Positions 50,531 through 64,000 of a stretch of 64,000 nt of DNA are shown here, piece by piece. The stretch's first letter is position 1; every line of letters starts with the position of its first letter. A program made the translations under genes and the position numbers. Under the pieces are notes generated by a model, which was not told the DNA's origin, ran no database searches, and was given only the letters and a program-made list of their open reading frames with translations. Location of the stretch: assembly GCA_964035545.1 (NCBI GenBank), contig OZ037765.1:34744080-34808079 (forward strand). The letters run 5' to 3'. Source of the DNA: Bugula neritina (Eukaryota; Animalia; Bryozoa).

Positions 50531-53500
50531 AGATTTTCAGACAAACATTTTTGTAGATGTACCCAAGAGTTAGAGGAGAATTCCTTAAGAGCTGTCCTGC
50601 TGGATCAGGTTGCAGACGTAGAGTGATGACTCATGCATGAGTTGGCGTCTCAAACTGAGTCAGGACTTGCTACAAGATATACATGCATGTGGTCAACATT
50701 GCTCTGATTTCTCTAACAATAATTAGTTGTGTACAATACAACTCTGGTAAATTAATTATAATGTATAATTACATATTTCTGTTAAATTAGTTATTTATTA
50801 TTTATTTTGTTCAAAGCATGCAATCATAGGAAGATTTTCACTTAGTTTTCATTTGTCTGAATTAAATAGCAAATCTAGTAGCATAAAACTTAAGTTATAC
50901 AGCTAATATTGCAACATGGCTTTTGTGTCTTGGAACATGTCTGATGTAATACGTGAAGCTCAAAGGGATGGAATAGAAAGAATTTATTTGCTGCAATGTT
51001 TACATTCTTTATAAGTTGAGTAACTTTTGAAGAGCAATTAAAACTTTAATTACATGCTATAAATGTCTGTCTCTAGCTTCATCTGCTGCCAAATAGGACT
51101 TAGCTTATAATATAGTCATTAGAAGAGTAAACAATGGAAGAACTTACAGAGGAATTATTACGCAGGTTGAAATAGTTTCAACTTGAGTAGCTGTTGTGTA
51201 ACTACAAGTAAGAAGTTGAGTAATGCTTCCATCAGGTTGTTAATTATTTGATTGTTTCCGGTAAAAATTTTGTTTAAATTATATGAAAAGAAGAATATCT
51301 ATTGTCATATGCTATTCTATTACTTTTCACTCGATTTCCACTCACTTCTACCAGCCAAACTACCTTAAAAATTACTATAAATAATTGTTATATGTATTTA
51401 GTTTCCACTGCATTTTACATAAATACAATAACTCTGGTATCATTGAGCCTTAGATACTTAACAAGAGAGCAGCTGTACCTCACTGCAACCTCTCCTGCTA
51501 AGTTCTGCTAAGGAACAGAGGCTGTAGAGATTTGGAACATGTCTGTCCCAGTTCTATGAGCAACTGGTAAATATGTATACATGACTTATGGATTGCTATT
51601 AATAAAATTAGCATAACACAGAATCTAAACAGTTAATGAGACCGTGAAGACTTTGGGTTGTTCTGTTTCCGCCTCTATTCCTGTTTAGCAAATGTTAGTA
51701 ATTATAAGAGTATTTTCCCTGGCATCATCTCTCCCTGGGATGCCATCTCATTGTGAATAAACAATTGTTCAACTCACTCAATCAATGACTACCTGATTGT
51801 CAATTGCACTAATTAACTGCACACACATCACTGATGCTATTTTTAGAATCTTCATAAATAATTATAATCTTGTAGGTTTGGCTTTTCAGTATGAATGCAG
51901 TAGAAGTCAAACATACAGCAGCACACAGCGTATTACTACACTAACTCAATGTCTTAGCTACCAGACAAATGCTTTTACAATCTACTTCCAAGTTGCGACA
52001 CTTTGAGCTGACATTTGTACTGCTGCTAGACGGTAGGCAGCGCAGCTACTTCCCTTCATCTGATTACATAATGCTGAAAATATCACACGTATGCTGCCAA
52101 AGGCACTAGTTTCAGACAGTGAGTGCCGGCAGCTAAGATATTGTCATTCAAATATCTAGATTTGTACTTTTAAATGTAAATTTCTGACTGAGATTTCTAC
52201 TGAATGCTTTTCTTGTTACAATGTGCTCCTGGCTTTGCCCAATAAGTGCGGAGTTTGTGTCATCAGTTTGTGTCCTCAGCATGTTACACAACAAGTAGGG
52301 GGACTAAAGAGATGATCACCATTTACATAATGTCTTGCATATTAGTTTGTGTCATACACCCAGACACTAAGAAAGTGTTATGTAACAGCCAGTCTAAGAA
52401 GTTTTTCTGATTAGTAAAAGTTTCAATTCTGAAACTCAAACGTAGCCGTCTATAAATAGTTAGTCAGCTGCTGAATGGGTCAGTATTTAGGACTGACTTA
52501 ATGTCACGGTTGAGGTAAAAGGTTTCTGCAAGTGCACGAGCAGCACTTAGGGAATTGTAGGCTATATAGTAGGCTATATTTATCATCTCTCACGAAGTTG
52601 GTAGCATTCTGTATTAGCTGATGGAAGAAAAAGTGTAACAGTTATTGGATATTGAAAGCATGCCTTTGTGAAACCATTTATTTACTAAATATAAAATCAA
52701 TAGCCGAGCCATTATTTAGTTAATTACTCATACCTCTAATAGGGGGCAGATCAATGCTACCTTCGCTATTGGTATGACTGAGATTATTTTTAGATGCTGG
52801 CTTTGCTATATTTGGACCAGGGATTGGTGCAATAATTAATTTTGGCACATAATTAACTGCTGGACATTGTTTGTGTCTACACCATAATTATCATTCCTCG
52901 TGTTCTAAAATCTAATTTTACTGGCAATTTAGCAGCATCAAAGGTGAGCGCTAATTCTAATGGACAGCGAGGAGGGCCAGATGGGTGCTTGAGAACCCCC
53001 TTGGCATGTTTCCAACAAGCGCAAGAGTGACTTATAGCCTGAGCTCTCCTGTAAGGTGACTGCTTTCCTATCCAAGGCCTCACCTCTACTAATCAACACC
53101 ATCGGTGTAGAGCCAAACTATGCATCATAATATTTTTGTTGTTTTCAAGAAAAGAGATTAAATCTATTTAGAACTTTTTATATAAAAATGTTGAAGCATT
53201 AGAAATATTTATAGTACTTAGCTGGCTGGTTACCAAGCTGAATGTTTGCTGTGTTATTGTACCGAGGTGGTGAGGAGACTGGTAGACATACTACCTTACT
53301 ACTCATCATGTACTGGCAATGGAGAAATCAACATGTTACATATTTATACAATGGAATTCAAAATGACAGCTCTTTTAAAAAACTAATTCCACTGCATGGA
53401 GCTCTTGCATTATTACCTTGCACTCATATTATTTACACATCATTAACAAAGAATAGTGAAATATGCTTTAATACCTTCACCAATATTACATACCTTTTGT

Positions 53501-54959
53501 ACTCCTGGCAAACTGGATTCCTTGTATGCCTGCGTATAAAGCCACTATAGTTGTTTATATAGCCAGTTCTGAGAGCCAATAGTTTACTGTAAAGTTTACG
53601 ACTTACTACTCCAAGTTCTCTGTGGAAACCAAATGCATCGTCCATTCATGTCACAAGACGGCAAAATAGCAGAATAAGCTAAATTGATGTCTATGAATAC
53701 AACTAGGAAACTACAATTGAAAAGTTGCACCATGATTTGCTTGCTTAGCTATGTATTGTATTGTGCATTGCTTATTAGCTGTATATATATGTGTAATTGT
53801 ATTGTATTTTTTTGCTTTGCTTGAAATAAATAAGAGAAATAGTGTATACGCTGAGCCTGCAAAAATGTGACTGCATGTAGTGGTGCATAAAACCATTATT
53901 TTAAGTTTAATTTTAAACAAAAAAAGTATTGTACTCATACATGTGTGTTTTTGTATAATGTACTATAAATTAAAATAGTTATTCAAACACATTTTACTAA
54001 AGCCAACAAAATAAGCAATACACACTTTGCCAGTTAGAAACCAAACTGTTGAACAATTTTGCTTAGAAACAGCTTTATATAATTAATTTGAAGAAATGTT
54101 TAGTTTTTATGTACTTGATGTTGTCTGAAGGGTTTGAGTTGGTTGGAAACTGTTTTACCTTTATAATAGCAAATTACGTCAAAACGCAAGCCATTGGACT
54201 GGAGATGACATATTGGCGGAGTTGTCTGTGTTTTTAGTAAGTAAGCTTATTGTCGCATAAGCACACAATCTCAGCGATTAACTTTACATCATTTCTTATA
54301 ATAATAAAGTTTGTTCCCACTTCGTCAGCGATGCCGCACAAAGTTATTCATTGATCTAATTTTGTAGTAATACTATATTAATAGATGATTTCACGAGTCA
54401 ATTTAATGACCCAATTTTTGAATTTAACACGATTAAAATCTTTAAAACATTATTTACGCTTTTAGTTACTATAAACCTTTGCTGTTTTGATTTTCAGTAT
54501 CAGTCTGGGTCTGCACCCTGCAGACTCAAACTCAAACTGAGACAACAAAGTTCATTAGAAATTTTTTTATAATAATCATTATCATTTTGTAATGTTAATA
54601 AATACTAAAGAAAAATCTAACTTTATTCAATATTTATTTTATTAACTTTAATCTTATATTGATGTTCATAATTGATTTTTATTAACATCTATTCTATAGT
54701 ATTAGTTGTACATAGTGATAGTCATATCATTACGGTTACCTATAGACAATAGACATAGTACTAGTAGTAATAGTACCACTACTACTAGTAGTAGTAGTAG
54801 ACGTAGTATTAGTGATAGTAATTCTAATAGTATTACTATAACTATTAGTTACTGTTAGTAACACTAAAACTTTAAGACCAAGAGCGAGTTTAATATTAAA
54901 TTTGATATTAATACTTCTTAAAGATTTATACACAATTGAATAATACCTATATTAATATA

Positions 54960-54962
<3 letters not shown>

Positions 54963-55023
<61 letters not shown>
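54963..55023. repeat. (TA)n microsatellite
   Basis: Direct reading. Confidence 0.95.
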
Positions 55024-55027
<4 letters not shown>

Positions 55028-55627
55028 TTATTATTAATTATAATAATATTGGACCAAGTTCAGATTCAGATTGATTTGGAATTTGAGTATCATAATCATT
55101 CTGATTTCAATTATAATTATTTCCATGAGAAGCAAACAAAAATTCAAATTCAAAAGCAAAATACAAATTGAAATGGCAATTTCAATGACAATGATTGGAA
55201 CATTAGGCTGCATTTTAACCTGATCTGATCTGGCTAAACTGATATTAGTTTTCAGCATAATTTGGTAAACATTTGAATTACATTGTGTTAAAACCAAAAT
55301 TATAAAGTAAACACACAGTATTTAATAATCACTTAAACTTTGGCAAATATGTTCATGCACTTGTGGTTAAATCATACACATATAATGGTAATACCAAATA
55401 TCTCCTGTGATGCCAGTAGTATTTAATGAAAGTAAATTGAAGTCAATTAGTTCAGACTTTAGATGTAGTCATGGAAATTATTTAATAAAATAGTTCAATT
55501 TTTGTTCTTCAGTTGCTGAGAAAAGAGAGTAAGCTCACACATCAAGTTCAAATATTAGGATTGCTGTATAAAGTTGCCTTCAAAATGCAAGTAATTTCAG
55601 TATACAAGATTTTAACATGGCTTTTAG

Positions 55628-56823
55628 ATGGAATTGATCTCATCAATTGAGTTTAAAGACATTGAGACATTCCCTAATATTGGCGGCCGAGCTAACCTTT
55701 GCACTATATCCAAGAAAAACCTTGTTGCTTTCACGGCACCAAAATGTTACAAGTTTAAGAAAGCCGGGAATGTACACAAAGGAGACGGAAAGCAGACTAA
55801 GATCCAAGACTGGTAAGTGAGTTCCGATGAGGAAACATGGCTATGTAGTTGCTACCTCATTCATAAAGATATAAACACAAAGACATAATACAAACATAAA
55901 TAGCATAGTCTTTTTCCGTCCACTTTACACTTCTGTGTCACTTGATGGTTTATACCACACCGATGCAATAGGCTGTATTCTATTCTCACTTATCTCTGCT
56001 TTGCCCTGTTTGGGTAGCGGGAATATTCTATATTATATATGCTATATTGTATATGTTATATTATATATGCTATGTTGTATATGTTATATTAATCATTGTA
56101 TTATACTATGCTATATATATGCTATGCTGTGTTATACTATACTATACTATATACTATACTATATACTATACTATACTATATACTATACTATATACTATAT
56201 ACTATATACTATACTACACATTCCAGTGATTTTGGAGACTTTGGAGGCGTGGCAGACACCCTGTTCGTGTGCCCCCTCTCCTCCCCCTGGACGGTACATG
56301 TAGTCATCCCGATGGACTCCGAGCTGAAGCAGGTGGTGTGGGACCCGTCGGGCACCAAATTGCTGACTGCTGACGCCAGCGGCCAGGTGTTCCTCTGGCA
56401 GATGCACGAGTCAGTGCTCAACAAGTGGATGTACTCCAACTTCACGAGGAGCATGTACGGCGATGACATCATCTCTCTCAAGTGGATCAACTCCACCCAC
56501 CTGGTTAGCTTTTCACCGAGTCTTGCTTCTTCACGACTGTAGGGTGTATTGGTAATATTATATTACGTGTTGGTAATATTATATTATGTATCGGTAACAT
56601 TATATTACGTATCGGTAACACTATATTAGTCATGCTACAGTTCACCATCGCGAAGGATGTGACGAAGCAGACGACTTTTGATAAGAAGTACCCGCTGGTC
56701 TGTGCGAATGCCGTCTCAGGTTCTATCGGCAACAGATCCGTAGACACTTGGGTGGCCGTCACGTCTGCTGGTGTCGTAAGTCTGTAACTCTCCCTCTCCC
56801 TCCCTCTCCCTCCCTCTTTCTCT

Positions 56824-56877
<54 letters not shown>

Positions 56878-56885
56878 CCTCCTTC

Positions 56886-56941
<56 letters not shown>

Positions 56942-56947
56942 CCTCCT

Positions 56948-57015
<68 letters not shown>

Positions 57016-57123
57016 TCCCTCCCTCTCCCTCCCTCTTTCTCTCCCCCCCCCTCTCTCTCTCTCTCTCTCTCCCTCCCTCCTTCCCCCCCCCTCTCTCTCT
57101 CTCTCTCTCTCCCTCCCTCCTTC

Positions 57124-57207
<84 letters not shown>

Positions 57208-60200
57208 CCCCCTCTCTCCCTCCCCCCTCTCTCTTTCCTCCCCTCTTTCCCCCCTCTCCCCCTCTCTCCTTCCTCCCCTATACTAAAGGTCATTGTCTCT
57301 ATGTTGAAGGTGGCGCTAGGCATAGCGCAGCAGAAGACGGAGATGGTGGTGTGGCGGACAGGGTTGGAGAGTTTTGAAGACCGGAAGCTCACTTCTGCTG
57401 ACATCATGGTCGAGCCCAACGGCTCCATTCAGGTCATAACTACGACCGGCAGCACCAGAGATCCTATTCGGCAGCACAAGCTGACCGTTGAGGTAGGGTG
57501 GCGGTTGTTGTTGTTATGTTTAACTACGTGTCATCCTATGTCATGGCTTACATCATGTAAACATCATTTTATTGAAAGTCTAACCTTTTGGGATTAGATA
57601 TAAATAGAAAGTAATTAGTATAAGGACTCAATGTACTGGTTCAGGTACAGGTAACCTGTCGGTCGCTCCAACTCACTAAAATAATCAGCAACAGCATTGA
57701 TAGATGAGAATTATATAAAACATCATAGTAAGGAGGGTTTATCACCTAATAGCTGGTCTGTGTACAGTTGATTCATTACATTGTAGATTGTGTAGTTCAA
57801 TGTATTAATAGCTGTTAGTAATAAGCACTGTTAGTAATAAGCACTGTTAGTAATAAGCACTGTTAGTAATAAGCACTGTTAGTGATAAGCACTGTTAGTG
57901 ATAAGCACTGTTAGTGATAAGCACTGTTAGTAATAAGCACTGTTAGTAATAAGCACTGTTAGTGATAAGCACTGTTAGTATTAAGCACAGTTAGTAATAA
58001 GCCCAGTTAGTAATAAGCACTGTTAGTGATAAGCACTGTTAGTAATAAGCACAGTTAGTAATAAGCACTGTTAGTAATAAGCACTGTTAGTAATAAGCAC
58101 TGTTAGTAATAAGCACTGTTAGTAATAAGCACAGAGGTATTTTAGTCTCTGCTAATCAATACCCACTAATCACTCACTGTACCTGCCCAATCACCTGAAC
58201 TCACGACAATAGCTCCGTATAGGTAAACTTGATTCACTTTCTATATTTAGAATATCACATCCGCTACGTTCTGCACACATAATTTTGGAATTCTTACGTC
58301 CTCTTTCTCGTGTACCTGCGAGTTTGTACTCGGCTGTATTGATTGGCTGAATCATGTCCAGCAAGTAAACACAAACTCATGCTATTGTGTTTATTTACTC
58401 AGACTACACGTTCAGTGTGAAGGTCATGGGAATATATAGTATATAATATATAACATATAATATATAACATAATATATAACATATAATATATAACATATAA
58501 TATATAACATATAATATATAACATATAACATATAATATATAACATATTATATATAATATATAACATATAATATATAACATATTATATATAACATATTATA
58601 TCTTGCAGATCTCAACCAGTGGTTACTACATACAGCCAAGCACCTGTCTCTTCTCTTCAGAATGCTCCTCCTGTTTCTTTGTTGACAAGTGCACTGACAG
58701 CGACAGCATAGTCTCCATACAGTACCTCCACCCCCTCACCGGTCACACCGTCCTCGTAGCTCTCCATAAACCCCCTCACGCCGAGCTCCAGCAATGGACT
58801 CGCTGTGAGGAGACTCTCGGCCTCCACACCACCTTCCACGCCAACACCATCATCCCCGAGAAGAACTTCCACTGGATCAGACAGACGTCTGCGCAGCTGA
58901 CTGGTCATGTGACCGCACACGCCGTCAACCCGCTACTATGTGAGCACACCAGTATGTTCCCCTTGGGTGCCGCGTTCGCTTCTGATGACATGACGCTGGG
59001 TTTTGTCTCCCGTCTCTCCCTCAGTGATGTGCAGACCGTCTCTGTCCCGAGGACTCACCCCGATGAGAGGATCGTCTCCCTTGCCTTCTCACCCAACGGC
59101 TGCGTATGCGTTGCCATGACTACCAGACTGCGTATGCTGGTGCTGAGTCGCAGCTCGCTGACTGTGGAGCATCTCAGCACGCTGCTCGAGTACGACCTGC
59201 TGACGGGACACACCTGGGAGGACGTGCTTGTCTGCTTGAAGTCAGGTGAGGTCACCGAGTCAGCGCTCAGTGCTGCCGCTAGCTCTCGGCTGCCAATACT
59301 CTCAGAGTTGTAAACCTCAGCAGTAAAGGGGGGTAAGGGGGGTAGGGCTGCTGCTGGGGAGGGGGGGGTGGGGCTGCTGCAGTTGATTTCAGTTTGATTG
59401 GAAAGTTTTCCGCTCCCTTTGAGTAGCCCGAGCTCATTCCTCTGTACTCAGTTGCAGTATGGAACTTAGGCTTTGCTATGACCATCTGCATACTGAGATA
59501 CCCCTCGTTACCTCCCTTCCCTCGGGACTTCCTGTTTAGAGTTGCTGTAATTAGTCGTGACTCTGCATTACAATTAGTCTAGACCTTTGCTGGCTCATAG
59601 TCTATTTTTATACTTGGTGTCTAAAGTGCAGAATGTCGTTTCATCTGCCGTGTCTGTCTGTTTGTCTGTCTACCTGAGGTACAGCTAGGTGTCTACCTGA
59701 GGTACAGCTAGGTGTCTACCTGAGGTACAGCTAGGTGTCTACCTGAGGTACAGCTAGGTGTCTACCTGAGGTACAGCTAGGTGTCTACCTGAGGTACAGC
59801 TAGGTGTCTACCTGAGGTACAGCTAGGTGTCTACCTGAGGTACAGCTGGGTGTCTACCTGAGGTACAGCTAGGTGACAAGTCAAGATGCTACCACACAAT
59901 AATCTAAATACAAATTGAGTGGAGAGATTAAGTCAAGCAGAAATGATTGGTTAAATATTATAATATATATTTATAGCAATTATGAGAGAATGGCCAATTG
60001 TTATTGACCTAACGCCCACATGAAAACTATGCCACACACTGTGTCCATTCACCTGATACATTCCAATAAAATGAGAATTGATTTCCAGGCAATTAGTTAA
60101 GATTTATTAACACAATTTGAGTTGCTTATCAAGTGACACATCTGTGTGACTAATAAGTGCACCATGCTGCCCCCTGGCTGCCCATTGCTGCCGACTAATT

Positions 60201-61042
60201 ACCCCTAAATACACCCAGTGCCCCTCCCCCTCTGTTATTACAGTTAATTACTCTAGAGTTGAGTTTAGTGTTTTGTTTTGTCATTCATTAACTTCTCAGT
60301 CCAACATAACTTGTATTCAACAAAATTCTTTCAGTGTTAGCAGCTACTGCTATTCATTGTTCAATGTATTAATTCACCAGAAAACCCTGCCACTATGTTA
60401 TACATTACTTACTCTTCACTAGAAATTGTGTTTTGATTTGATTGCTTAATGTCTGTATCTATATTCTATATAACTTTTATATAATCCATGATTTTGAGTT
60501 GACTGTTGGTGATAATCTCCCATGGCAAAGTGCACTCTTGTGTGAATTAGGGGTTGGCAACTTGGAGTCATATATTTTGATTTCTAAGACGTTGCATTAA
60601 GCTAGAAAACTGGATCCAATCTAAAAATTACTCAAGAAGGGGGTTTCTGCCCCCCCCCCACCTTCAGCTCATAAGTTGAGCGTGTGTTGATATAAACCCA
60701 CATCATTATTGTTATTGTATGGTACAATATATTATTCCAATTACTGTATTTGTGCCGCAGATATCATTTTGCTTGGGCTATGATTTTGTGGCAGATAGTA
60801 CTTTATCTGTAACAGCTGTAGCTTATTGACAATAACATTTATTGTGGCTGTCTTTGCTGCAGATAGCACTTTACAAATACTGGTATACTCTTTGCTGCAG
60901 ATAGCACTTTACAAATACTGGTATACTCTTTGCTGCAGATAGCACTTTGATAGAAAAAGTATCGGTTGCCATGGACGCCAGTCTAGCTAAACAGCCTGCA
61001 GGTATCCAAGCTCAGTACAAAACTAAACTGGACATTTTAAAG
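55628..61042 (+). CDS. MED16: Mediator of RNA polymerase II transcription subunit 16; first six coding exons, gene continues past the window
   Basis: Exons 55628-55812, 56227-56503, 56641-56775, 57289-57492, 58609-59245, 60939-61042 (1542 nt, in frame). Motifs match MED16: SKKNLVAFT, PWTVH, WDPSGTKLLTADASGQVFLWQM...NKW, GDDIISLKW, WVAVTSAGV, LLEYDLLTGHTWEDVL. Confidence 0.88.
56788..57278 (+). repeat. ~490-bp pure polypyrimidine (CT)n/CCCT tract filling MED16 intron 3
   Basis: Direct reading. Confidence 0.95.
57812..58133. repeat. 16-bp minisatellite (ctgttagtaataagca), ~20 copies
   Basis: Direct reading. Confidence 0.92.
58438..58601. repeat. 14-bp atataatatataac array abutting the MED16 acceptor at 58608
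   Basis: Direct reading. Confidence 0.88.
59668..59875. repeat. 23-bp minisatellite (gtctacctgaggtacagctaggt), 9 copies
   Basis: Direct reading. Confidence 0.92.
60851..60948 (+). repeat. 38-bp tandem repeat containing the acceptor and exon start (TCTTTGCTGCAG|ATAGCACTTT), 3 copies
   Basis: Acceptor AGs end at 60862, 60900 and 60938; only the last gives the in-frame MED16 exon. Confidence 0.88.
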
Positions 61043-62734
61043 GTTTGGAAATTATTCAGAGTTATTCCCTCTTGTTTTTTGTTGAATGTATCTCTGTTTT
61101 AATAGTATTTTATAGCTTAGCTTAGGTGTTGTGAGGCTCTTGGCTATTTACTTCTGTTTATCCCATCTCCATGGTTACTTCAGGAAATCAATCTCTTTTA
61201 AGATCTTTTATCAAGTCCTTAGTTTTACACAAAAGGCTTTCCCCTTAAAATATTTATTTTTAGTTGTGTAATTTCTTACAACATTCTTGGAACTCTGCTT
61301 TAAACTAATAAACAAGGTGTTTTTGTAAGTTATTGCAGTTAGAGGTGTCAAAATTCCTTTGTGTGTTTAGAATAGCATAGTAGGACTGCTATTGTCTGTG
61401 TGCAGTAGCCACTACCTAATCAATTAACATTCCACTATTTGTATTTATCTACTCATGGCCTCCACAATGCAGTGGAATTCTTGGCTACCTAGCAACCACC
61501 CATACAATAACAACCCGGCATGGGGTTGCCCTTATGCCACGTGCTTTCTGTGAATCATCAGTTGAAACACTGTTGAATGCCAGCTGCTGTTAGTTCTGGT
61601 ATGCTGTTAGTCATGCCTAGAGATGCTGTCTTTCATAGTAAAAGTGATTCAGGCTACTGGTTGCTGTAAAACAACTGCAAATCTAATTATTGGAATTTAC
61701 AAGTTAGACCTAGTCCGTTGAGTTGCCCTCCCATCATGGGAAATTAACGCTGCTGAAATATATTTATTAGTTTTTATCACGGAATAACTAAGGGTGTTGC
61801 CATGTGTCTCAGAATTTCAGTTACTTTACAACAAATAATGCAGAAGTCTGCTGAGACGTTACCAGATAGGTTTAGAGTACTAATTACTCTCTACTATAGT
61901 AACTCAGCCCCCCCTCCCCCAGGCATACTCTCTACTCATCAGTCACTGTTTCTAGTCAGTTCGCATGCTTCAGTAGTCTGCACATATACGACATCTGATT
62001 GGCTGATCCTGTGTTCTCCTCGCGTCATGTTCTTGCACTCATAATATTCTTACAGACAAAGCTTTCTGTACCAGAATCTTTGTATTAGAAAGTTTAAAAT
62101 TTGCTGCAACAAGATTAGGGAGGGCCATGAGTCTGTAGAATATAGTGGTACAGTGTACAAGCTGTCAGTGGGCTTAAAGGTCTGTCCACAGTGTGGAAAT
62201 CTTTAGATAAAACTGGGCAGCTCTGATTGGATGATGAGTTTAGATATTTAGAGATTCTCAGCCCAAGCACAATTCTTCTCAACACTCGCTACAAACATGA
62301 CATGGCGTGTCTGAAGAGGTCTCTTTGGTCCTTCTTAGCTTTTCCACTACGTGTCCATTTTGTGATGGTTATTTTCAATAATTATGTTTTTCACCTGGAA
62401 ACTCTCCAACGTGGCAGGCATTTAACCATACAATAAAGTGCAGATGGAAAAGGGCTCTCACAGAGCTGTGTTGATTCTATCATTCTATTCACTGAATCCA
62501 TTATTTCAGTTGCTATTTTCTTAGTCAGTTTCTACAACTCTCCTTACAATAGCCAGTGTTCTTGTGTTGTTTCCGTTATTTTCACTTTCAATCTCAGTAT
62601 CAGACCACTTTTGAGCTTTTTAAAATCATATTATAATCATGACTTCATTGTATGCTGCTATATCTAGAATGTTTGGAGTTGTTTTACCTCATAATTATTA
62701 TTTTATTATGCTTTTAATATACAAGACGAATGGA

Positions 62735-64000
62735 TGTATATAACTAGTAGCAACTATTACTCTGTATATAACTAGTAGTAACTATTACTCTGTGTATATC
62801 TAGTAGTAACTATTACTCTGTATATATCTAGTAGTAACTATTACTCTGTGTATATCTAGTAGTAACTATTACTCTGTATATAACTAATAGTAACTATTAC
62901 TCTGTATAGTAACTAGTAGTAACTATTACTCTGTATATAACTATTAGTAACTATTACTCTGTATATAACTAATAGTAACTGTTACTCTGTATATAACTAG
63001 TAGTAACTATTACTCTGTATATATCTAGTAGTAACTATTACTCTGTATATATCTAGTAGTAACTATTACTCTGTATAGTAACTAGTAGTAACTATTACTC
63101 TGTATATAACTATCAGTAACTATTACTCTGTATATATCTAGTAGTAACTATTACTCTGTATATATCTAGTAGTAACTATTACTCTGTATATAACTAGTAG
63201 TAACTATTACTCTGTATATAACTAGTAGTAACTATTACTCTGTATATAACTAGTAGTAACTGTTACTCTGTATATAACTAATAGTAACTATTACTCTGTA
63301 TATAACTAGTAGTAACTATTACTCTGTATATAACTAGTAGTAACTATTACTCTGTATATAACTAGTAGTAACTATTACTCTGTATATAACTAGTAGTAAC
63401 TATTACTCTGTATATAACTAGTAGTAACTATTACTCTGTATATAACTAGTAGTAACTATTACTCTGTATATAACTAGTAGTAACTATTACTCTGTATATA
63501 TCTAGTAGTAACTATTACTCTGTGTATAACTAGTAGTAACTATTACTCTGTGTATAACTAGTAGTAACTATTACTCTGTATATAACTAGTAGTAACTATT
63601 ACTCTGTATATAACTAGTAGTAACTATTACTCTGTATATAACTAATAGTAACTATTACTCTGTATATAACTAATAGTAACTATTACTCTGTATATAACTA
63701 GTAGTAACTATTACTCTGTATATAACTAGTAGTAACTATTACTCTGTGTATATCTAGTAGTAACTATTACTCTGTGTATATCTAGTAGTAACTATTACTC
63801 TGTATATAACTAGTAGTAACTATTACTCTGTATATAACTAGTAGTAACTATTACTCTGTATATAACTAATAGTAACTATTACTCTGTATATAACTAATAG
63901 TAACTATTACTCTGTATATATCTAGTAGTAACTATTACTCTGTATATAACTAGTAGTAACTATTACTCTGTATGTAACTAGTAGTAACTATTACTCTGTA
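62735..64000. repeat. 28-bp minisatellite (tataactagtagtaactattactctgta), runs off the window
   Basis: Direct reading. Confidence 0.95.

Noticed and set aside
56505-57428. ORFs encoding (ER)n and (SL)n
   Set aside because: Translations of the intronic (CT)n tract.

Overview
AT-rich animal genomic DNA, probably invertebrate; the taxon cannot be fixed from the sequence. (1) A young-looking Ty3/gypsy LTR retrotransposon on the minus strand, from 1 to about 5744. It has a ~313-bp 5' LTR, a perfect tRNA-Leu primer-binding site, gag, a candidate -1 frameshift cassette and a PR-RT-RH-IN pol; its 3' end lies outside the window. It sits sense-oriented in an intron of (2) CC2D2A/MKS6 (minus strand), for which I traced 31 coding exons by hand (39165 down to 8884, 1418 codons, all GT-AG, phases consistent); the remaining 3' exons are outside the window. 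(3) A divergent two-coding-exon TGF-beta superfamily ligand on the plus strand (42755-44824) that lacks the interchain cysteine. (4) The first six coding exons of MED16 on the plus strand (55628-61042). The most striking pattern is that most introns of CC2D2A and MED16 carry their own unrelated minisatellite, often abutting a splice site. In at least five cases the repeat unit is the splice junction itself (exon end plus GT donor, or AG acceptor plus exon start), giving arrays of up to 20 donor sites. Most long ORFs in the supplied track outside these genes are artefacts of these arrays.
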